This document shows positions 12,357 to 25,100 of a DNA stretch of 64,000 nt, piece by piece. The translations under genes were made by a program, and so were the position numbers. The stretch lies in assembly GCA_036172245.1 (NCBI GenBank), contig JAYWIR010000041.1, forward strand, positions 372,001 through 436,000, given 5' to 3'. Under the pieces are notes generated by a model. The model worked only from the letters and a program-made list of their open reading frames with translations. It was not told where the DNA came from and ran no database searches. The stretch's first letter is position 1; every line of letters starts with the position of its first letter. The DNA is from Raillietiella orientalis (Eukaryota).

Positions 12357-14859
12357 GAGGGAGAGAAGGAAAGCTCCAATGGAAATGCGTAAGGATGCTA
12401 CGCGAGGATTTTTAGCTTCTTCGTCCACCCAGAACGGGAGGGAAGAAGTCTTCGTATACGAAGGAATGTTTCGAAAAAACCGAAAGTGCCTGAAGTTGAA
12501 AAAAAAGAAAGAAAGAAAGAAAGAAAGAAAAAAGAAAAAACAGCATCACGACCGAGAGCTTCCGATTCCGAGAACAGTTTGAGAGAGGGAAGCAAGGAGA
12601 AAGAGACGCAGAAGGAGCGTAGAATCCTCGGAAGGCGCGGTTCTGCGAGACCGACTTCTGAGGAGGAGAAAATGTCCCGTTGCGGATCGGAGCGCGAATG
12701 CTCGCGCGTACCAAACCTGCGGGGAGCAGCGCTGTGACCGCGAAACCCGACGGCGAAGGGAAGTTTCCAAGATGTCTGCGATCTGGACGACCCCGGAGGA
12801 TGGACGTGGAAACGGAACCGCAAAACCCGCCAGGCGGAGGCCGAACCGAGCGCGCGGTCTCGTGACGCAAGGGGTGAAAGCCACCGGAGCGGAAGAGGCG
12901 CTGGGTTCCTCTCTCCTCGCTGTTACGGAAGCTGTTTCCTCCGCGTCCTCTCAGGAGCCGAATATCCATGAATTTCCCAGGCGTTACCATGGGAAACCAT
13001 AGCCGCGTCGAAGACTTCCCCCAGCATTCGGCGCTCCGCAGCAGCAGCAGCTGCATGCGTTGGCGCAAAGAACAGCATGCTCTCGCGTACAGATTTCTAA
13101 ACGTGCAGGAGCGTCTCTCCGACTGGGATCACGGAGAGAAATGGAGTCGCCCCGGCTTGCCCTCTTCGGGTGTGAGGTCTCTTGCCTCAGGAGACGACCT
13201 CCGAATCGCGCCTGCGCCGTGCTTGGGATCTCCCGGGCCAGAAACTGCAGCTGCGTCCTTGTGGGCTGCTCTCGACTTTTCCCGCAAATTCTGCCTCTCG
13301 GCTGCGGATCCGGCCGACCGACGCTGACCACAGACGACCGTTTGTGGCACATGCGGCATTCCTGCGCCGAGCTGCGGCCTCGTGCACCAATCCGCAAGTC
13401 TTGGAAGATCACGGGCTACGCAAAATACGAGTGACTTTGATCACCAGAGTGCGAAAAATTTCCACGATCCTTCAACTGTGGCTCCTTCCGCAGCTGCAAG
13501 CGGCTTGGAACCCACAAGCTTTGGTTTCTGTCACGTCTTCAAAAACGAGACGAAGATGAAGGGAGGGAGAAACGCAATGCGAAAAGAGGAAGAGACAGAA
13601 CAATCAAGCTTCTTCTTCTTCTTCTTCTTCTATGCGTTTGAAGACATTTAAAAAAAAAAAATCGATGCCTTTTTCATCTTTCCGGTCGTTCGAGAAACAA
13701 GCAAAGCATTTTCGAGCACGAGAGACCGTGTCTCGTGTGGGTGTGTGTGTGTTTTTCCTCTTTCACCTGCACCAGCGCTTCCATTTTTTTCGATGGTCCC
13801 ACGTTCTAGAAAGAATGGGCTACGTGCCGGTTCCTTGATGTTCTTACCCGGGTCTTGTTCAGTCCCTAGGGAGAAGGAGGGAAGGCGGTGCTGTCATCGG
13901 CCACTAGCGAGCTGCAGGGAAAGCGCTCTTTGCCAATTCACTCCGCCGTCCACTTCTATTGGATTCCGACAAAGCTCCCGGCGGATGGAAAGCGATTCTG
14001 GGCGCGCCTTGTGGCTCCACTCGAACTGGGACTCGCTGCTCCCTTGTCCCGCTGGAATTCGGCTCAAACACGATCCCTGACGGGCGCAACTGCGGCCGCC
14101 TGATTGCGGCCGGATGAATCATTTTTAAATGGGCTTGCAGGAACGCTTCCTGGCAAGGCGATCGGGAACGCCGGAACATCGTGCACGCGGTGTGTGAAAG
14201 TGTTGGCGAAGCAACTGGAGGTCGGCACACTCCATCCGCAAGAATCCACATAATGCAAGTGTTGCTTAAAGCGTTGGGAAAATGGAAAGTTGCGCGCATG
14301 ATTCGAGATAAGGATTCTCTTTTCCGCAGCTGGGTAGAACACCTTCCAGCAAAGGTCGGCAACGATTATGGCGGACTCATGCTCTGCTCTGCAGCACTCG
14401 GGTGAACGTGTTGGCTTGCGAAACACGAAGCCTCGTACCCACCTCCGTTCCAATAGAGTGCTCAGTGACTTGGTCGGCAGGCCCGGTGTTTTTTATTTCA
14501 TTTCGTTTTTTCAAATTTCATCCTGCTTCTAATCGCATTTCTTAGATTTCGATATCTAAAGACACGTTATACTGAGATCGGAATGAGAGGCCCTATACAG
14601 GGTCAGCTGGACAGACAATTCCGAGTCGTTCCCGTCGATGCACCGTGTTGCTTTCGGGCTCGAAATCGGCAAGTCGAGCCAGATGCAAGAATGAAGAAGA
14701 CGCTCGGCTGGAGTTCCCGGGAGAGCAGAGAGGGACACGGGATGGCGTGTCGAATGTCATAGGAGCAAACGAAGCGGCAGACTGACCTGCATGGCTTCTG
14801 CGCTTGCATTCCGTCAAGTGCTTAGCCGCTTCCCGTTCCCTTCCTTCCAGGCATCACTC

Positions 14860-14990
14860 CCGAAATGATTTTTCAATTCCGGGAATCGGTGCTCCGACGG
14901 CGATGGCAGCCAAGAATACCCTCGGTTTCTTTTGCAGCGTATGCCAAGTCGATTCTTTGCATGCGAAGGGCGTCCGCGGTCGAGAGGGAT
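14860..14990 (-). mobile_element. Possible decayed CR1-type LINE reverse transcriptase C-terminal fragment
   Basis: Minus-strand LRMQRIDLAYAAKETEGILGCHRRRSTDSRN* resembles the CR1 ORF2 segment LNMSQQCALAAKKANGILGCIRRSIASRS. Confidence 0.4.
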
Positions 14991-17900
14991 TCTTCAGCTT
15001 CGTGGATACGTTTCTCCCTGTGGCAGCATGTCCCGACCGGAATGATGGTCCTTGACGAACATCTTGGATTTCGCACCTCAGTGCTCCTTCCGGCACGTGG
15101 AGACATCAGTGGAGCAGCTACTGCAAACAAGACTCCCTGCTACTCTTGGGAGTCGGCTTTCGGGCTTCGCGTCTTTGAGGTCGCGATGGTTCCGGAGTTC
15201 CAGAACGGTGGAATTATCCCACAGCCGGCGCCATCCACCAGGAACGCCCGCATAGAAATCTGCTGTAGCGAAAGAGTGTTCCTGACGCTACAGAGGTAGT
15301 CGGTTGCTACCGCCCGCGCGTTTCTTTGTTACTGACGAGCGGGAAACTCCCGACAGAGCGTCAGAGCAACGAGAAATTTCATGAACGGGTGGGCAGCGAA
15401 AAGGGGACGCAGGATCGGCGATCTCCGAGCTCTGCAGGACAAGCAGCGGGCGCGGCCGAGGGGCCGTTCGTGGAGCGCCGCTGCAGGTGCCCGTTCCTGA
15501 AGAACTCTTGCGTACCCTAGAAGGGAGCAGCAGCACCGCCGACGCTCTGTTTGACGACGCATCCATCAGCATTTCCGCTGCATCGTTCCTTCCTTTCCTG
15601 CCTTCCTTTCTTCTCTTTTTTTTTTTGCCATAGTAACTGTTTATTTGGAAATCAATAAAGCTCTGAGCAACCCATACATAGTAACAGAGTCGGCCTGCAA
15701 GGAACTCATGATTTCCTAATATTCATTTCCTGATCAATATTTCCCATATGTTTTCATTCTCGTGAATTTGACATGAATAATGCAAAATTCCGACCGGCAA
15801 ACTTAAACGAGTGGCATTTCAAAAGTCATGAGATCAAAATGCCTGCAAGCAAAGGATCGAGATGAATTTTTCATGCTCCTTTTCGTGGAGACGCAAGGGG
15901 CTCGGATGGGATCCTCGAGGAGCACCTCGGGGAGCTACTGCTTTCGGAGGCTCGGAGTGTCGGCGGGAGGAGAAGAATCTCCTGCGGGAGCGCTTCGGAG
16001 ATCGGGCGAAGAGATCGGGCGGCGGGGGCGCGAAGTAACGATTTTATTGATCCCTCGTTGATCGGACCGCGCCGCATCCACTCGTGAACTCGCGGGAACG
16101 ACCCTACCGGTCCTCCTGTGCGGGGATGGCACCTCCCCTTTTCCGTTCCTGGAAGGGAGCACTGTGCACAAAAGCGCAAAGAAAAAAAAAAAAAAAAAAA
16201 AAACGGCGTCAATTAACTTCACCTTTGAACCACGCGGCTCTTGCGGAGTGACCGATTGCTTGCGCATCTACGACAAATTAATAAACGAAAACCCCTTCGG
16301 GGCAATCCGCGGATTCTCGAAGGCCCGCACGAAGAACAAGCGAGTTCGGTGCATGTTCGAGTGGATGTACTCCATCATCAGAGGGATCGACCGCTAGGTG
16401 GTCGCAAAGGGAAATTGAATATTCATGTGCGCGACAGAATCGACTGAGGAGGCTCGGGGCGAGCTGCACTCCGAAAGGAGCTGCAAGAGATGCCTTCCAG
16501 TGTACCAGACCAGCGAACACGGCTGCTCTCGAAAGGACGTGTCGCTCGCCCGGCCAGTGGTTTAGCTTGAAAGACCACCGGGTAGTTCCGAAAGGGTTCC
16601 GAAAAGTGGGCATCCCGCTCTGGGCAGACTCCCTGGAAGCAAGGGAGACCGCCAGAGATCGCAGATTCGGAGGTTTCCAATCAAAGCGCTGAAAGACCAC
16701 GAATATGCCTGAAGAGCGAAAACAGCAGCAAGCTGAATTCCTAGAAGAATAGTCGAAGATTCCCTTTTGCGAGAGAAACTCCGTCGATGCCTGTATGCGT
16801 ACGTACACATGTACGCGTTTCGAAACTCATGAGGACTAAAGAAGTGGGGTCCTGCAAAACCTGGGATGCCGGTTTTATCCATCGATGGGGCACGCCTGCT
16901 TATCCCTCCGACTCTGCCGCATAAAGTTCACAGCTGATCAGGGACGTCACGGAGGAGGCGAACTCTCCCCACAAACATCACGTGTTCTCCGATGCGCCCA
17001 AGCTGCCTGCGTTTCTGTCGCTGCCTTGGAGCCATTTCGAGGCGCACAACGGGAGCCGGCATGGAACCGGCAGTTGTACGAAAGAGCACGAAAATGCAAT
17101 TGGCGAACGAGCAGCAAGGTCCCAGCAAGTCCAGGGAGAAGGGGGGGGGGGGGAGGGGAGCGGTAGACGCCAAAGACAGGCATCAGTGAGTTTGAGCTGG
17201 AGAGCAGCATCGGGGCATTCCCTTTGTGACGGCGAAAGATACTGACCAGCACGGTGAACGAGCGGATGCTTTCCGCCATTTTCCTTCCGTTCCCGTTCGT
17301 GAAAACCTCAACACGCTCTCCCGAGGTAGCACGGATGGAGTTTTCCCTGACGACCCCATGCCAGTCCGAAGGGAAAACCCGACGCTGGCTTTCCGACTGG
17401 ACGGTGTGCGAGGGAAAAAAAGCGTACCTTTCGCCGAAAATCGATTCCCGCGTTTGTACACAAACGAGCGCGGATCGCACGTCGGTTGTGCCTCTCTGTG
17501 TGGTTGCCTTACCGCGCGTCGCAGCACTCGCTGTTCGTCCACGGTTGCAGGGCATCAAGGACGCCTTTTGTACCTACGTTCACGCCGCGTTCGCGTCTGG
17601 CAAGCCTGCTGGTTTCCTCGGGGGTAGCCCGCCTGCCAAGAGCACAGTTGTATTTATTATGGAGGGATTTGTTTCGTGAAGAACAGAATTGCTGGACAGA
17701 TCCGTGGCTTCTTATCACATGAGGTCCAATGTCCGTACGTGGTGACCCTGTACGCATACGAGTACAAAGACCAAGGTCTTTGCTATGCATCCGTTGCACA
17801 AGTGCACACTGGTTGCGTGGAAATTTCTTAATGGATCCAAGGCATATCCTCACACTGCGTGTAGCCAACGTGCATCCGTTCCCATGCAGGAACGTATAGA

Positions 17901-18119
17901 AAAGGCGTACAGTCCTCTTGGCGTCTGGTATGAGTGCCCGTGTTTTCCGCTTCGGTATTTCTGAAGAAAAGCTGCTGCCGGACCGGCTGCTCTGGGAGCG
18001 AATTTGGCGGGGGAGTTTCCAGAATGCTTCGATGCAAAGGACGGAGAGTTGCGAAACTCAGTTTCCCGAAGAGCTTCACCCTTATTGATCTGTGCGGCAT
18101 CCGATGCAAACTTCCAAGT

Positions 18120-18300
18120 TCCCAAGAAGCCATTGCGAAGTGGTGGCACCTCCAGGAACACCCAGAATTAGCTCCCAATCTTTGCAATCCGGAGAGGCAC
18201 TACCGTCCGCGGTCGGCAACAAGAGGTAGAAGGAGCAAGTGGAAGGACGTGGCATGCGATTGCTTTGCACGTTCCATGGTGAAACTCGAAACAGCCACCG
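18120..18300 (+). mobile_element. Possible decayed hAT transposase C-terminal dimerisation-domain fragment
   Basis: Across three frames: KWWHLQEHPELA, IFAI..., ASGRTWHAIAL, FHGETRNS. Compare hAT WW...PEL..LA..IL.....CERNWS.F..IH.K.RN. WW-to-RN spacing (~146 nt) is appropriate. Confidence 0.4.
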
Positions 18301-19199
18301 GCACTTTAGGAGGTTTCATCATTTTGCTCAGCTGTCGTGCTGTGCCAGCGAGTCCAAGGGTCGACTCGGGGTAGCACACTCCCCCCCCCCCCTCCCCTCC
18401 CAGCGCTCGCTGAAGATCCCCACCGCTGAGCGGGACCTAGGAGGGGGGAGGGGGACGAATCTGCGATCGCGCTCTTCCGCGCCAAAGGACGTACTCGGGG
18501 GCGGCACGTGTGCCAAGTCCACGGTGGCTCCTTTCCGTCTCTGTTGCTTGCCCTAGGATGGGAACAGGCTCAATGTGCTGGCCACCTATCTGGTGGGGAA
18601 TGGCATATTCAACAGGGGTGAAGGCACACGCCCGCGTGTCGTGTGTCCACGGGAGATGCGTTCAGATCCTCCCTTCATCCGAGTCTCAGCTCGTCCAGCT
18701 GAAAGAACTTTTGAAAGGGTGGATAGTCTATTAAATCCTGTGGAAGGCTTTTCGACTCTCCTCGCGGGAGGAAGAGGCGCTCGCAGGATGCCTCGCTTTC
18801 TGTGTGTGTGTGTGTGTGTGCCTGGGTCGTCCGGTTCCACCGCCTGCGGAAATCGAACGCAAATCCGCTTCTTGCTTGTGACCTCTGTGTACAGCGCTGT
18901 TTACCTGTCCACGGAACGAAAGAAGGCAACGGTTGGCTGCACTTTCCTATCGGCTTCGTTGCTCCTATGCAAAAAGACGGATGCGACGGCAGCAACCCTA
19001 TTGAAATTCCTGCCATTTCTGGTCGAGTACGTGTTCCTCCTGCGTGTGTATGAATATGCATGCAGCTCCCCTTTATCGGAGCCCTTTGCGAAACGCTCCG
19101 GGAGCGACGCTCACTCCAGTCGAAAAATGAAAAGTCAGTAAGTAAATTAATGATTCGGAAAGACGGCAACGAACGGATTAATAAGCATCCCTGTTTTTC

Positions 19200-22100
19200 A
19201 AGAACGCCGCTTGCATCCCGCGCGTCTCGAGGCGCGCGCGCCGCAGGACTTCGCCATGGCCTTCCTTCGACGCAACAATCGAAAGGAACGCTGCGCTGTT
19301 GCGCAGCAGCTGCTCGTTTCCATCGCGACCTTCTGTCTGGCGGGCTTTTGGCAAGGGGGACCAGGGTTCCTGCGCCTCCGGGGTTCGAAGGGCGCGGGGG
19401 CGGAAGGCTCTTGAGCACACCGATACGAGGCCCCCCCGTGATGCGGTGTGTCCGCGTGCTGCGGGAGCACGCGGCAGGCTTGCCGAGCTGACCGCCGCCG
19501 ACCTACGCCTTCCTTTCGCGCGACGAGGGTCCTCCTGGGCTGCTGCCGCCTTCGCGAAGTCGCAGTCGGTTCCCGGGCACCAGCGGACAGTCGGACGCGC
19601 GCTTCGTCTTCTGCAAACGGGTCATTTCCCGAACTTTCCGCGAGGCTCGTTTCCTCCTCCTCCTCCTCCCCTTCCCTCCCCCCATCCCAGTCTGCGTGCC
19701 CCACGGGACATCGCGGGAGTGGATTGGCTCGAAACGGCGAACATCCTGTGAACTGGTTTTCAAAAGCGGCGCTGCGGGAAATTTGCGTTTGCGGGAGGAA
19801 GGAGAAAAAGAAAACAAAAGAAAAACAAAAGAACCTTTTTTGTTCAGGAAAACATTTTCCTTTTTTTTCTTTTAAAAAAAAAAAAAAACAAAAAAAAAAG
19901 AAAGCACTTCTGGATGCAAGCCACAAGCAGGTGCACACTGCGCGCCTGCTATTTTTTTTTTTTCCACCTACAGGACGCCATGTTTGCGCACGCTCTCCGC
20001 GTGTCGATTGGCTGCGTGAACGCACAGCCAGGTGGGACCCACCGTAAGAGCTCGAAGCTCCGTCGGGCGGAGGCTGTTGTTGTTGTTTTCTTCCTTCCTT
20101 CCTTCCTTCCTTTCCTTTTTGTGCGTGCGTTCGGCTTCTGAGCTGACTTTTTCGATCCAGCGGCTGTTCGCAAGCGTCCACCGACAAAGCCGCCATCAGC
20201 CCGTCACCACGGTGGTCGTCGCGGTACTCGCCACCGCGACCAGGCGCTGCGGAGGAGCTTGGTCAATCCTCTGGCGGATGAGGGGGAGGTGTGGGGAGGA
20301 GGGGAGGAGGCTGCTGCGCCCGGAACGGGAAACGTGGCCTTTCCAGGTGCGATGGCCCTCCCGTTGACGGGCTGCCGTCTGCCGCGCTGCGCGTTGGCTG
20401 CTGACAGCCGCCGACTGCCAGCTGGCAAAGGAGTGGAACGGCGGAAAGAGGTGGCTGCGCGCTCCTCCAAGAACTCGGAGAATTGCCCGGGGTCCTCAAA
20501 CCGGAAACGGAAAGCCAAAGAAAGTGATATTTTTTTTTCCCTTCTCTCCTCTCTATTGAAGGGGGGAGGGTGTGCAAGACTTCCGTGGGGTGCCGAACAA
20601 ACTCCCGCACCTCGCAGGGCGGATGACTCTTCCACGATCCCCCCTCCGTCGGGAAGCGGTGGTCGAAGCGGCCCATGCGCGCGCCTTCCACACGCGTCGC
20701 CCAGCTCCCACGACGCGAGAGAGCGCTTCCTGCGGGTTGCACCCGAGAGAAGAAACGTCCTTCCTGGGCTGCGTATGGCCCGTCATCCACCGGTGAGCCC
20801 CACGAGCAAGCAGGCGAGGCCGCAGGAAAGGCAGGAGTGGTGTTCGAGCGTCAACATGGAGACCGCGGGCCGAGTCGGGGAGGGGATCGCTGAGGAAGGC
20901 ACTTTCGAGGAGAGCCATCGCGGATCGGGGGGAACGTCCATAGCGTGTGTGCGCGTCGCCATAGATTCGGGGGAAGAAAGGGGGGGGGGGAAAGGGGAGA
21001 GAGGGAGAGAGAAATTCCCTTCCAGGTTCCCGGGCTCCCATCTCCGTTCCTGGAGGAAGCTTCTCGAAGGTCTCCATGGTTACAGGACCGCCAAGGTCGT
21101 CGGAGGGAGACGGAAAGAGCTCTCACGGAAAGGGTCCTCAGGATGAAGCGCCCCGCTAAGGTCTCCATGGTTACCGGGGGACGCGGCAGTCGTCGGGAGT
21201 GCAATACTACCCTGATGGTTCGTTCCGTTTGCGGGACGAGCGCCCGTCGAAGGAAGGGAGGGATACTTACTTCTCCGGCCGCTCCCCTTCGCCGGAATGG
21301 ACCCGAATTCTCGCCTTCCCTGTCGACGGGCGTCTCCCTGCAGGCGGAGCTCCCCAACGCCACCGCGGCCAACGCACCAGAGCGCTCCCTCCGTGCACTC
21401 CCGTCGACAGCGCGTCCCGAGAGCGCGGATGCTCCTCCCTCCCCGTTCCCTTCACGTGTGACTCGCAGGGAGGCAGGCGGCTTCCCATCTCCCCGTTCCC
21501 CTTTCTCTCCGATTCGCCGCTTCCCCGACGAACCGCGCTGTTCCCGAGAGCGCTCGGGAACTGCCGAGCCGGCGGGGGTAACCGCCGAGGCTGCGCGCGC
21601 GCGCGGGCTCCTCCTCCTTCGCCCGGCGGTGTCGTGGTAACGGACGACGGAGGCGGCGACCTTGAGATGGGGGGGAAGCGGTGCCGTCCGCCTTTCAATC
21701 CAAGCCGATCGAAATTCCGCAGCTCCCGGCATCCTCTTTTCCGACCGAGGCGTCCTCGGGGTCCGACGCCTCGGCGGCGGCGGCGGCGGCGGCGAGCCGT
21801 CAGATGCGGCGGCGGCGGCAGCCTCCCGCTTTCAGGACCAACCGCTCTTCCTCCCAACGAACCTTCCACCACGTGGTGTGGCGAGCAGCGGCGCGTTTGC
21901 CACCGGCCGCACCTCGACGCGCGTGTTTTTATTTTTGGCGGCAGCTCCTCGAACAAGCCGCCGGAAAGCGCGCGCGCCGGCGCCGGCGTCGGCGTCGGGC
22001 GTTGCCGGGGCAACCACCACGCTTCGCATTTTCGCCACGGACGCTCCGCTAGCGAGGGCGTCCTTTCCGCAGCGTTTCGTTTCTTCGCGCGGCGCGCTTC

Positions 22101-25100
22101 TCCCCTTCCCTTTTGGGGGAGATCCCGGCAGGGGAAGAGGATCGAATCCGGGACGCGAGAGCGCGCGAGGGAAAGGGCGCAGTGGGAGGGACGCTGCGGA
22201 GGCGGCGACTTGCAGAGTGGGGAGAAAGAAGGGGGAAAGGGGGAGAGGAGCGAGCGCGCGCTCAGCGACAGACCCTTCTGCTCTCGCGCGCTGTCGGTGG
22301 TCCTCGCGCGCGCGAAGGACCTGCGCGGCTTCGCTCCGTCGCCCGCTGCCCTCTCTGCTCCCCCTCTCCCCCTTCCTTCCCGCTCGTCGACACGCTTGGA
22401 GAGGGGCCGAGCGATCTTTTGCCGCGAATGCGCTTTCTCTTCGGCTCGAAGGGGTGCGCGTCGTCGTGCCCGTCTCTGCTCTCTCAGGGGTCACGTCCGG
22501 TTCCAAGGCGGCCAGGCCAGAGATGAGGGGGAGAGGGATGAGGGGTCCTCCTCCTTCCCTTTCCCCATCGGGGAGGCCGCAAAGGTGCGGCCCTCGTCTT
22601 CTGGGCCGGCCAGCCGCGTTCGCCCCTCGCGTGGAGGAAGAAGAGGCGGGTGAGCTCGCGGAGCGCAGCGCTTGCAGGCGGCGCTGGCCGAAGGGCGAAC
22701 AACCACCTGAGAGCCGCCGCCGCCTCCCTCCACCGGGAGGAATGGAAGCGCGCCAGCCCCCACGGGGAGAGTTCGCGCGCGCGGAACCGCGCCGTGGGGC
22801 GTTCGCGCTTCACGCGCAAGCCAGAGCAAGGTTTCCATGGCTACTCGAGCAGTCCGTCCGGCGGACCCTCCCTCTCTCGTCCTTTCTTCCAGGTTGCGGG
22901 GGAGGGAAGAGCGGCGGAAGGAGAGGATCGGCCTGGAAGCCGAGAAGGCAACGGTTGGCGGAGGACGTTCCGCCGAAGGAATGGAAGGGAAGCAAGCACT
23001 CCCTGCGACGGAGTGGGGGAAGGAGACGCGCTCGCGCGCTGGGGAAGGGAGGGAGGGAGGCGAGCCACGACGTTTTATAGCAACCGCGAAGGCGCGCGAG
23101 AAGCAACGAGCGGGGGAGGGAGAAAGGAAGGAAGAAAGAAAAAGGGGGTAAGTGGGTCTGCGGGCGGAACAGGGGTCCGAGACGGGGCCTGGAGGCGGAG
23201 GAAGCGCCCACAAAAGGGAACCCTCAAAGGCGTCCACCGACCCCTTTTTTTTTTTCTTTTGCCTGCGGCGGGGCGAGCAGGAGGGGAAGGAGATTCGAGT
23301 CCCCGCTGCCCCCCTCCCTCCCTCCGCTGCCCCGGAGGAGCGATGCGAGGAGAGCGGCAGCGGCGGTTTCGCCAGATAGGTCTCCTCGACACGCCATCCT
23401 CTCCGCCCTCGGGGGACGGCGGGTCACGCGCGTTGCCCCTCTTCCCAGGCTAACGAGACGCCCCGGCTGCGGAACGCGCCGAACCGGGGTGCGGGGCCGC
23501 GTTCCGCAAGAGGCCCACTCGCCCAAAAGCGTCCAGGGGTGGGGGTTGGGGCTCCCCGACGGAAAGCTAGGAGAGGGGCCCCACACTGGGACAGCCCAAG
23601 GGACCTCCCGCCTGAATAGGTTTTCCGGGGTGTCCGTGAGGAGAGGAAGCCACTCTCGAGTATGGCACGCCGCAGGCGCGACCTCCAACCGGGCGAGTGC
23701 AGAAAGGTCAAGGTCGCGGTGCGGAGAAGGGGTCGCGAGGAGAGCCGCCTGACGTGGTCGGCCCCGCTGGAGCCCGGGTGCGGTGACCCTCAGGTTCCCC
23801 CCCCGCCTGGCGGTCTCCGAGCAACCGCACCCCGGAGGCGGTCGAGGGCTCGGCAGCGGCTGCCTCGACGTGCGGAGTCGCCTCCGCCGCTGCATGGGGC
23901 GGCCGTCTGCGGTTGATGGCCGGGTCGCCGGAAGGTGTTCTTTCCGGGACGCCACGCCCCCTTCCCGGCGTCCGGGCCGAACTTTCCCATCCGTGGCTGT
24001 GGGACCGGCCGCGGCGGGCGGTCAAAGGAAGAGGACATCCTGGACGCTGACCACTCGCAGGAGCGCAAGCGCTTCAGGGGCTGCAATGCGGCCTTCCCGG
24101 AGAGCCAAGTGGACGCCCTCTAGCGGTCCCTACCGGGATAGGCGCCATCTCTGGACCGGGGAATCTCTTCCCCCCACCCGCACTTTTGGAGCTTTCCTCC
24201 CTGCCTTTTTTCGTCCCCTGCGCCTATGGCGACGCTGCAGCCCGCGAACGTCGTCACGGACGCCGACCGGTCGAAGCGGCTCTCTCTGCTGCACTGGCGC
24301 CCAAGGAAGGCCGCGCGGCTGCTCTTCAAGATGGCAGGCCGGGAGTGTCCGGCCGCCCTCCCGCGCCGCTCCCTGGCAACGGCCGAAGCCCGGCGGCGGG
24401 AGCGCCGCGTCATGCAGGTCGCCACTCCTTCCTCCCCGGGATCCTGTCAGGTCTTACTCCGAGAGGTCGCCCGCGGCGGCGGCAGCTGCGCACGCAGCAG
24501 CAGCCGCCCCCTCGTCCCCGCCGATCGGGAGCGACAGGGCGCCCACCGCCTGCTCGCCGTTGCCGGGAGCGACCCGGCCAGGCACGGCAAGAGCTCCTTC
24601 CCCACCTTTCCCTCCGCAGCGGCGGCCGCGCCAGGGAGGTCGCCGAGCGTGGCAGGCGTCTCGACGGAGACCGCGCGGGGGCGACGGAGGGAGGGGAAAG
24701 CGCGGAGGCGGGAGGGAACCCAGGGAGGTCGCCGTGGAAACGTGGGAACGGCCTTGGTCCGCATTCTCACGTGAGCGCGGGCCGGCGAAACCCGGAAGCG
24801 GCTCCAAGCCCCTTGTTTGACCCTCCCACCCCCCTCTTTGCTACTAGTTGCGCTGGCCCTCGCTGCCCCTCTCGAGTTCCCGCCAGCCTTCTTCCACTTC
24901 CCCCGGCCGGGAAGAGTGGGGCTCTCGGGTCTCGCTAGCAGCTCCCCCCGAACGCAGCGGAAGGACTGAGGAAGGCGCGGGGGTCCCCCCCCCCGCGCGC
25001 GCGCTGGCTCCAGTGTGGGCGGGAGGTCTCAACCGCGGCCCACAGGGAGACCCGCACGTGCACGAGGGAGGTGACGAGCCCCAAAGGGGCGGCCGCGGCC

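Noticed and set aside
21067..21174. Possible CRISPR-like repeat-spacer unit
   Set aside because: Only two exact 17-nt copies with a 74-nt gap, no cas genes, and a eukaryotic context.
21745..21774. Perfect 10-bp hairpin ccgaggcgtc/gacgcctcgg
   Set aside because: Plausibly chance in very GC-rich DNA and too short for a pre-miRNA.
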